Assembly (NCBI RefSeq): GCF_009914755.1
Contig: NC_060938.1
DNA: 64,000 nucleotides
From: the human T2T-CHM13v2.0 reference genome, Homo sapiens
Direction: 5' to 3' (one strand)
Below are positions 48,732-64,000 of the stretch, piece after piece. Position 1 is the first letter of the stretch, and each line of letters begins with the position of its first letter. The position numbers and the translations under genes were made by a program. The notes under the pieces were generated by a model, which saw nothing but the letters and a program-made list of their open reading frames with translations, was not told the DNA's origin and did not search any database.

Positions 48732-48926
<195 letters not shown>

Positions 48927-49460
48927 CTAGGTAGAGGACATTATTTTTCTTTTACAAAATGCTCCCTTTCCACTGCTACAAACCATTTTGTTATCAAATC
49001 TTTTTCCCATTATTGAAGATATTAATTGTATACCAATTTCTCATACTGCAAAATGTATTTATGCTAGGAAAAAATTATCTTGAAATCATCTTGAATATGC
49101 ATCTGGAAGCTTTACTTCCCAGAATCTTATTCCCCTGTGGCTATAATGGAAAATGGAATTATAAAATTCATTCTGTATAAAGTACTCTTTGTGACAGGCC
49201 ACTTTTTCAGCAAATCTCATTTTTTTCACACTTTATGGGTGGGCAATTTTTCTTATATCCGAGATATGCCATGATTTTCACTTTTGAAGACTGAAATAAA
49301 ATGCACCATGGGAGATTAAAATTTTACTACTGCACAGCAGAGGAAGAATAAGAAAAATCACCTAACAGAGAAATTCATTTTCACTGATCACCTTTCCAGT
49401 TCTCTTAATAGTTATTAAACTTATTGTTTGATTCATAATTCTTTTAAAGTGAAAGTATAC

Positions 49461-49601
49461 CTCATTCTGTAGGGCAGTATTTTCCATTTGTTTTTGTTTC
49501 AGGGCCAACATGACTTGGTCTCTCTCCTGTTGAAACACAACTGTCTTCTCCTGCATTGATTTAACTGCATTTAAAAGCTGATTTAACTCTCCAGTCTTGC
49601 C
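49461..49601 (-). CDS. TRIP11: TRIP11 exon 12, 141 nt, GKTGELNQ...TALQNE
   Basis: Acceptor ttttctttccaaaag|GGC, donor GAG|gtatac; symmetric phase 0. Confidence 0.95.
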
Positions 49602-50273
49602 CTTTTGGAAAGAAAAAATTTTAGCTTTAAAAAACACACACACACACATATTTTAAAAGAGACATTTTCTTCACTCAATTATTAATTCATTTAATTTTTA
49701 AATAGGGCAGCCTCCCGATTTACTCTCTGAGTAGGCTCAGAGAGACTCCTAGTTAATTTAAAAACGTAGTTAACTATGTCAAAGTCATGAAAAACCAAAA
49801 AAGTCAGAGAATCTGTCACAATCTAGAGAAGCCTATGGAGCCATGACATCTAAATATAATGAATATAAAGCGGTATCCTGCCGGTACAGGAAAAGGACAT
49901 TTAGTAAACATTAAGGAATTCGAGTCAAGTATGAACTTTAGTTCAGTAACACCTCAATATTGGTTCATTAGCTGTGGCAAATACCTCATAACAATGTAAG
50001 ATGTTAACAAGGAAAACTCAGTATGAGGTCTATGAGACCTATCTTTGCAAATTTTCTATAAATTTAAAACTATTCTAAAAGAATAAGTTTATTAGAAATG
50101 TTTTAAAAGGAACCCAAAGGACAAAAATGTCTTCAAATTTACCCTATACAACAAAGTATTCAGAACCCCCAAATCAACAAAAAGTGTACGTGTGTGCACA
50201 CGTATGTGCGTGCTGTCCATTCATAAAGCATCCACAATTGTTATGAGAGAAAGTAACTTCACTGCAAAAGTAG

Positions 50274-50711
<438 letters not shown>

Positions 50712-52028
50712 TAGTATATTTTTAGTTTTCATGTAAACTTTCCACTTCTTTAAGAATATGTAATGTATCCCCCAGGATAAATCATTATAACCAAAATATA
50801 AAACAATCTGTTCCTTTAATATTAACACTTCTGGATAGGGAGGCCAATATTTTCCAAATAGTTTTTCAGTTTTTTTTTTTTTTCACACTACAAAGAAAGA
50901 GCAAATGCTTGAGAAATTAAATAGATCTGAATATCTCCTATTGAGAACATCCTTTTCTCCCTAAAAAAAGATGTTACTCATTATATTCAAGATATAATCT
51001 AAAGGTACTTTTATATTATATACAGAGTATTGGAAGAAATTAGTTTACACTAATTACCCTCAAGTAATACAATAGTTAAGTACCACTTAGCTAACTTAGG
51101 GAAGCTTCCTAAAAGTGAGGAGAGCGTTAATAATATCTGCACACTTTAGATCTGCAAAGGTCAATGAAATAGAACTAAATTGTACAAAACGCTAAAACTC
51201 CAAAATATCTATAAATGACAGAAGACATCATTGTACTTTATTCCTCTGTTCTACTCTTATAACCTTAAGAAGCTAGAGCCAATTTGGGCTAGTGAACAAT
51301 AGGAAGCTCTAGCCTCTAGGACTCTCTTCACATCAATTATAGACCAGTACCATTAAAGCTAAGAAGTTATCTCAGAAGAACACCTTAACACTGATAATCA
51401 GTGTGCCTACTTCATCAGATGACAAAGGAAAAAATGAAGTTTTCACAACTTTAATCCAAGACTCTAAGAGGGAACCTAACTGGCAAATGAAGTTGAATCA
51501 CTTTGTATCTTATGTCTGGCAGCAAGTAATGCTCAAGAAGTGCTAGTTGAATATTTTATTGTTTTGCCTATCATCTCTTTTCAAAATTTCTGCTACTAAA
51601 AGCATAGAAATCACAGTAAAAAGGCACTACTAAACAAACCCTACACAGCACCCTATACACTGCCAAACAAGCCCTACACTATACTATCATATAGTACAGT
51701 ATAGTATACAGTGTAACAGGAAATCCTCAATAATTCTTACTAAAATGAATTGCATATAAAAATTTAAATATTATCAAAAGCTACTGGCACTATCCATATA
51801 ACTGCTATGAACTCCTGTTTTATAGCTGAATAAACCAATAAGGTCAAAACATACCCAAAATCACATCAGTGACAGAACTGGGATTAGAATATTTACTGAG
51901 CCTACTATGAGAAAAGTATTACTCATGGCTAATACTTTTCAAATTCCAGGTTGTGACTAATCAATACATAAAAATCAATTTAATGAGTCACTCAGCACAT
52001 TTTCTTATTATTTTAAAAAAATTTCTAA

Positions 52029-52428
<400 letters not shown>

Positions 52429-52830
52429 TGAAACTTTTCAGTTAGACACACACGCACACACACACACATACTCTTACTGTGTCACAACGTGAAATGTATT
52501 TCTTACTGCAGATGGTTAAAGACATATGTGTATTTTACAGTGCTTTCCTTATATATAAGAATCTCTAAAATGTTAACAGCTACTGTAATACCTAAAATTT
52601 GATTAAATTGAAGTAACTTCAAAATTCTCTCATGAGACACATCTGTTTCCTAAAGAAAAATATTAAGTACTACTTAGCAATCTGTAAAAAATTAATTTAC
52701 TACCAAAAGCATTTGGAAATATCTAACAATTTGAGGGAGAACTTCCAGATGTCTCTGAGGAAAATTTACTTAGAATGAATCACACCTTGAAATAAATATT
52801 TCTAAATGAACAAATGCACAGTCCCCTTCA

Positions 52831-55980
<3,150 letters not shown>

Positions 55981-56139
55981 TCATTTTAGTACTCAAAGAA
56001 AATTTTATAAAATCTCATACATAATAGAAAATAATCCTCAAATATTTCTAATCCTTCTTAAAAACATTGTTTTTCTATCAAAAACGCCCACTACAAAATT
56101 ACTTATTATTATTTTACAGCAAACCCATCTTGTCTTTTT

Positions 56140-56813
56140 TGTTTTTTGAGACGGAGTTTCGCTCTTGTTGCCCAGGCTGGAGTGCAATGGCACAATCTCG
56201 GCTCGGCGCAATCTCGGCTCACCGCAACCTCCGCCTCCACCTCTTGAACCTCCCAGGTTCAAGCAATTCTCCTGCCTCAACCTCCCGAGTAGCTGGGATT
56301 ACAGGCATGCGCCACCACACCCGGCTAATTTTGTATTTTTAGTAGAGATGGGGTTTCTCCATGTTGGTCAGGCTGGTCTCAAACTTCCAACCTCGGGTGA
56401 TCTGCCTGCCTCAGCCTCCCAAAGTGTTGGGATTACAGGCATGAGCCACTGTGCCTGGCCCCATCTTGTCATTTCTTAAAGCATTTTAGGGATAAGAATT
56501 TAAAACCAAAGATGGTAAATAGTATTTTTTTTTTTTTGAGACAGAGTCGCTCTGTTGCCCAGGCTGGAGTGCAGTGGCATGATCTCGGCTCACTGTAACC
56601 TCTGCCTCCTGGGTTCAAGCAATTCTCTGCCTCAGCCTCCCGAGTAGCTGGGATTACAGGCACCTGCCACCACGGCCGGCTAATTTTTTGTATTTTTAGT
56701 AGAGACGGGGTTTCACCATCTTGACCAGGCTGGTCTTGAACTCCTGACCTCGTGATCCACCCGTCTCTGCCTCCCAAAGTGCTAGGATGACAGGCATGAG
56801 CCACTGCGCCCGG
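56140..56813 (-). mobile_element. Two antisense AluS in intron 10 (56140-56460 Sp-like; 56526-56813)
   Basis: Alu consensus; first has TSD ccatcttgtc. Confidence 0.93.
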
Positions 56814-56844
56814 CATGTTGTTTATTTTTAACTCTACACTAGAG

Positions 56845-57040
56845 TAAGAGTCAACGAACTATAGCCATTGGCCAACTCAGGGATGCTGCCTGTTTTGTAA
56901 ATAAAATTTTGTTGAAACATGGTCACACTCATTTGTTGGTATCACAACAACAGAGTTGAGTAGACTGAGACAATATGGCCTACAAGGCCAATGATATTTA
57001 CTATCTAGCACTTTACCAAAAAGGTTTGTCAATCTCTATG
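56845..57040. mobile_element. MER58A-like hAT element
   Basis: ctgcctgttttgtaaataaaattttgttgaaaca...atatttactatctagcactttac. Confidence 0.75.
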
Positions 57041-57119
57041 AACTAAAATATTAATTAAATCACACCCACCATTTCTGTGTTTAGTTTACTTAGTAGAATG
57101 TGCTGCCTTACTGTATTTA

Positions 57120-57437
<318 letters not shown>

Positions 57438-58208
57438 TTAAGTGCTCTATATTGGAAATAATATTGAACAATACCTCAATAATTGTATGTGAAATTCAAC
57501 AAACCACATCCTTCATTCATGTGCAATTTTACTTGTAGCTTCAAGCAAAACATTTCTATAACCCTAGACAGATGCAGCGACTGTAAGTTTGTCCTCTAGC
57601 ACCAAGTTCTTCTTTATAAAAAACGTTCCCATTTGAGAGCCTCTCCTATCCTGCTCCACCGTGGCTACCCTTTATCCATCCCCTGGCCCCACCTACCATA
57701 CATACATACTTTCCAAAATGTCCGCAAGTCTTTCTGCCTTCCTCACTTCCATTCTCTAACATCCAGTCATCAACAGCCTCAGACTAAATAAAAATATAAA
57801 AAATCAACACTCCTTCACCCAAATGTTTAGCCTCTCTAATTAGAAAATAAAAGGTTTCTTTTCTCTTACTAAAGGAATTTCCCTTATTACTTTTGCTTCT
57901 GTTAGAACATGGAACTTTTTCTTGACCCTAGAAAGAATCCTCCTTCCTTCCTTTACCTTTTAACCAGACTAGGTTCCCCTCTGTCACACCTGACATTCCT
58001 AAAGATAGTATATATACATTTTATAGTCTACTACCTGGTATTTAATGCTTTCTCCAAAATCTCAGAAGTGCGACAGTTCTCTATGCTTCAACATTATTTC
58101 AGTCTCTAGTTATGATGTTTGTAATAAACTATATATTAAAGCCTTCTTTCATTGACAGATTTTTAAAAATCAAACCCATATGGAATCTACTTTAAATAGA
58201 GTATTGAA

Positions 58209-58823
58209 CCAGGCATGATGGCATTTATCTATAGTCCCAGGAGGCTACTTAGGTGGCTGAGGCAGAAGGATTACTTGAGCCAAGGAGTTCAAGGCTGTAG
58301 TGCACTATGATCATGCCATGATCAGCCACAGCACTCTAACCTGGGCAATACAGCAAGACTCTCTCTCTCTAAAAAATAAAATTAAAAAAATAAGAATCTC
58401 AAATTCCTTCAAAGAAACAGCCTAATATAAACCTTATAAAAGAAACTCAACATTGCTATGGAGAGTTGGTTGAAAAAACAGAGATCCGATAAAAGCTATA
58501 CTAGAGTATCTGTATCACAATTCTTATTTCCTTCTAATTCAAAAATTTATTCTAACTACAGCTGAAAGATGGAAACAGCATTCTCTTAAGTCTTTCTAAA
58601 GTTATCTGTTCAAATTAGGAGAATCACAGACATTTTCTTTAGGTAGATCTTAAAAGCACACACAGCCTCATAGGTACTTTTTAAAAAAATTATTTAGTGT
58701 TTTTTTGTAGATATGGTGTCTCACTATGTTGCCCAGGCTGGTCTCGAACTCCTGGCCTTGAGCAATCATCCCACCTTGGCCTCCCAAAGTGCTGAGATTA
58801 CAGCGTGAGCCACCACACTCGGC
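58209..58823. mobile_element. Two Alu monomers (58209-58376 on +; 58699-58823 on -)
   Basis: FRAM-like and FLAM-like consensus. Confidence 0.82.
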
Positions 58824-59741
58824 CCTCATAGGCACTTTTGGTATTCTTAATCAGTAAGCAGACACAACTCAAGGAAGAGTTACAATGGACTACTTTAACA
58901 TCAAAAGAAAGGAGAAACAGCTATCAGGACAAGCTACAGAAACCAAACACATCATGAAAAGGTTACAGGCCCTGCCAGGTAAGTGCAGAGAGTTCTGCAA
59001 ACTACAAACGACTAGGTCAGTCAGGTAAAGAGCAGAATACAATGGGAGCAAAAACAGGAAAGATAAAATATATATAATATAGTAATTTTTAAAACGACTG
59101 GGAGATACTGCTGGCACATAGTGGGTAGAAAGAGTGGCAGCAAGAATCCCACAATACACAGTGTAGTGCCCACAACTAAGAATTTTCCTGCTTAAATGCC
59201 AATAGCAGTCCCTTTGAGAAACACTGCATATATACTAATGTGGAAAGATGTTGGAAATATGGTATGTAAAAAGGATATTTATAATATGCTGACATTTGTA
59301 TTTTTTAAAGCTACTGATACATACAATCATACATGCATAGACATAGTCCAGAAAGAAACACTAGAAATTGGTAACAGAGACTGCCTCTGGGAAAGAGGCC
59401 AAGCCACAGAGGTACAAAAGATACTCTACTTGTACTATCCGAAGGTTTTCAGTATGTATGTTTTCTGAACACATATATCAGAAAATATGCATCACTTTTT
59501 AAAATTAGGAATTTAAATTAAGACACTGGCCTTTAACTTAATAATACTAGCTTACAACTCTCCTATATTTAAGCACCTGCCTTAGCCAAGAAATTTCCCC
59601 AAAGTGGTTCAAACATAAAAATACTTCTAAATACCTTTCCCTTTCAGAATCTTATTCCTTCCTTGCTATGAATACATACAATAAAGCCCTTCTTTCTACC
59701 ACTGAAACTGTTGCTCTGTACCCCTATAAAGACCTTCTTTC

Positions 59742-60036
59742 ACCAGGCGTGGTGGCTCACGCCTATAATCTCAACACTTTGGGAGGCCGAGGTGGGCAGA
59801 TCACCTGAGGTCGGGAGTTTGAGACCACCCTGACCAACATGGAGAAACCCCGTCTCCACTAAAAATACAAAATTAGCTGGGTGTGGTGGCTGGCGCCTGT
59901 AATCCCAGCAACTCAGGAGGTTGAGGCAGGAGAATCGCTTGAACCCGGGAGGCGGAGGTTGCGGTGACCCGAGATTGCGCCACTGCACTACAGCCTGGGC
60001 AACAAGAGCGAAACTCCATCTCATTAAAAAAAAAAA
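59742..60036 (+). mobile_element. AluSp-like, intron 9
   Basis: Full dimer; TSD aga(c/a)cttctttc. Confidence 0.94.
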
Positions 60037-60435
60037 TAGAACTTCTTTCTACCACTGAAACTGTTGCTCTTTATGCCTCACCACTAAGAAAGTACTGTCC
60101 ACCAAAATGGACACATTCTGAAGCACACAAGCAGCATATACAGTTATTACAGTATGCTACTCCAGACCTCCTGACCTACCTGTGTATGTTCCTGCTGTCA
60201 GGACATCATCAGAAACCAAAACAGGACCTCCACCTATCTTTTCTGCTTGATTCTGTGTGCCTACTAGCTTATTTCTAAATACGAACTCAAGCCAGCCACT
60301 TATACTCTGAACTTTGCCCAGGTACTTCCACCTAGCCTGAAAAGCATCAGTGAGATCAGCTTTATTCTAAGGACTTGAGCTCAATTACTCAACATTCCAT
60401 TTGGATATCAACTGGCCCTTGGCTGTGACCTGTTA

Positions 60436-60564
<129 letters not shown>

Positions 60565-60700
60565 CTACAAAAATGTTAAAGCAGTGTTTTCAGGTAACAA
60601 GAAATTTCCAGTTTATAAAAAAGCTGGCAATCTATACAATTGTGTGTTTCTATTCAGTATTTCTTTAATGATATGTAGTAATTATAAGAATGCAATACTT

Positions 60701-61011
<311 letters not shown>

Positions 61012-61245
61012 TTATAAAAGTGTCTAAAACGAATGAAACCAGTCATGCATTTTCGACACTCTTACAGAAGACTTCCTTATTATGCTTGGAAAAATATAAA
61101 AATATATTTACAAAATAACTTCTAATTATTAGAAAAAGAAACAACTCTTTGAATCTCTTAAGGAAAATTAAAACTCATTTCTCACTTGGTATAGGATCTG
61201 CTTCCACTGTCTCTATGCACATAACATTTGTCAAAATTAATTTAC

Positions 61246-61286
61246 CTGGTTTAAACTACTCAATCTCATTATTTCATTTTCGGCAT
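61246..61286 (-). CDS. TRIP11: TRIP11 exon 8, 41 nt, (D)AENEIMRLSSLNQ
   Basis: Acceptor tttttacag|AT, donor CAG|gtaaat; phase 1 to 0 links exons 7 and 9; too short for the ORF track. Confidence 0.94.
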
Positions 61287-62476
61287 CTGTAAAAACAGCA
61301 AATGAACTTGACATTAAAATTATTTAGAGTAACTTATTATCTTCGATATTAAACTCAGAAATGCAACCCAATTAAAGTGTATATAAGCACCACTGGCAAG
61401 CAGTAACAGTTCTGAGTGAAACATATATTTGTATTCCTGTTTTGTCATATCAAATAAATCATAATGTAAATGCCAGTTAAAAACCACATTAAAATCCAAG
61501 TCTGGATAAGCATAAGAAAAAATTGAAATTGTATTGTAGATGAGTCACAAGTTATTGCCTTGATAAAAATGCTAATGACAACCAGGTTTCAAAATGAATT
61601 GATTCATTTGAGAAGCAGGAAATAGTACATGGTTTAAGATTGGAGGAAAACAATTTAAAAGTAGTATTTTATTATGTATATTTAAACCACCACAATACCA
61701 TAATCTCTCAATTATCTAACGTGATTTAGATATGAATGCTGAGAAAAAGACCATTCAATTTGGTATTATAGATAGATCTATAAAAAGAAGAGGGTACACA
61801 AAAAAACACAGCTGAAATCATTGATTCAACATTCACTCAGGAAATATTTAGCATTTACTATGAGGCCAGGTGCTAGACAAAAAGCTGGTAAAATTTAGCC
61901 CTTGCTCTCGAAGAGCTTACAATTCAGAGAGGAAGAAAAACTAGTAAGCACAGGATTATAACATAGTATGACAGAGCAAGCACGAGGTGCTATGAGAACA
62001 AACAGGGTAAACACCTAATCTAGATTAGGAGGAGCAAATGGGGCCAAGAAGTGGCAGTGCTAGGTACTTCTCAGTGGAGGTTAATACCTGCACTGAATCA
62101 ATATACTGAGAGTCGGCTAAAAGAGCCATAGAGACACTCCACACAGAGAAAGCAGAAAATGCAAGGGTAACAGAGTGAAGAGGTAACATTGCTGCTTTAA
62201 GGAGCTATAGAAAATTCAATATGGTTCAAGTTTAGAATGTCAGGAGCATGGGAATAGTTGAAACTGAAGAGATAGGCAGGAACTAGATCATGAGAGACAT
62301 TATCATGTCTAACTAAGAAATGTAAACATCATCCCGAAGTTCACAGGCAGCTATAAAGTACTAAATGCAGGGGAGTAACCTGCTTTGCATTTCTGACAAA
62401 TTATTCTGGCTGCAGAATGAAAAAAATAGATTGAAGGAATCATGGAGAACAGAGAATTTTAAAAGCTAACTCTTCA

Positions 62477-62777
<301 letters not shown>

Positions 62778-63659
62778 CTAACTCTTCAACATTTACTATT
62801 GGCTAGACACTATCCTAAAGAGCGGCAGAAAGTAACTCATATAATCCTCATTACTAAAACTACAAGGAAGATACCATTATTATCCCAACCCTATAGATGA
62901 AATAACCAATGCATAGAGATGTTAACCTGTCCAAGGTCAGCTAATTAGTGATAGAGCTCGATTCCAACCCAGTCATGTCCTTAACCACTACGCTATTCTG
63001 CTCCATTCAGAGAGCTGCCATAGTTAACATAGGCAAAAAGCAATTATGACTGGCTGAAGTAATTCTGTGTCAATGGAATAGAAAAAAGAGGAAGGACTAA
63101 GGCAGTGGGTTTGTCTTTTAAGCACATAAACTCATCTGGATCACCCAATATGATAAGTAAGTAAATGTATTAGTCTTATGTAAGTAAATTTATTTTTTAA
63201 ATAAGTAAACTTATTTTTTAAAACGTAAGTACAATTACTTTAAAATTTATTTTATTTACTGGTGTTTGGCCTATTTCATTTAGTACTAATTTTCTGTAAC
63301 ACAGAATACTGGTACAGTAACTAAATATCATCATGAGCATAGAAAATGGTGGAAGACCTATGGCTCTAAGCACTCAGGGCTTTGCTTGGATATAGGAGAT
63401 CGTTTCAAACAGGTAACAACTGACTTTGAAGAAGAAAGGCTGTATTCCCTAACTGGAGGATGTGGGCTGTGATGAGTTACAGAAAGTATAGCAATACCTA
63501 ATCCTTTTTAATAGGAAATTCCTATTTGCAATCTATTAACTCTTACACTGAATCCAAACCACACAATTCTACCCAAATGACACACAGTCATTTCCAGGAA
63601 TATGCCATTTCCACTAAGTATTCAGTTAGTGAAGCATCTGTCTCTAAAAACAACTACTA

Positions 63660-64000
<341 letters not shown>

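Noticed and set aside
51911-51940. Perfect 11-bp stem hairpin gaaaagtatta / taatacttttc
   Set aside because: AT-rich and isolated; plausible by chance in 64 kb
63181-63222. 21-bp duplicated AT-rich unit
   Set aside because: Low-complexity slippage product with no supporting context

Overview
Human (primate) genomic DNA, AT-rich and Alu-dense. The right three-quarters hold the 3' part of TRIP11 (GMAP-210, cis-Golgi golgin) on the minus strand. I traced 15 coding exons with canonical GT-AG boundaries, from a partial exon 7 at the right edge through the 3030-nt exon 11 to the last exon 21 (TAG at 19151-19153). The phases chain into one open frame ending ...VVLKDLLKQ*. Exon numbers and c. positions follow my recollection of the 21-exon, 5940-nt reference CDS, and the lengths counted here agree with it. 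A 3' UTR with several AATAAA candidates runs left to about 15.5 kb. Positions 1 to about 15400 are repeat-rich intergenic DNA; from memory FBLN5 starts a few kb left of the window on the same strand. About 43 Alu copies or fragments are present, plus L1, L2, L3/CR1, MIR, LTR and DNA-transposon remnants (repeat boundaries and subfamilies are approximate, judged by eye). There are no rRNA, tRNA or CRISPR features, and nearly all short ORFs in the track are Alu or antisense artefacts. I cannot demonstrate a new biological system. The best leads are (1) a well-formed 140-nt minus-strand exon candidate at 12841-12980 in an enhancer-like island, whose phase would fit FBLN5 exon 2, and (2) an in-frame cryptic terminal or poison exon in TRIP11 intron 16 that would remove the GRAB domain. 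Several local duplication and template-switch scars are also visible.
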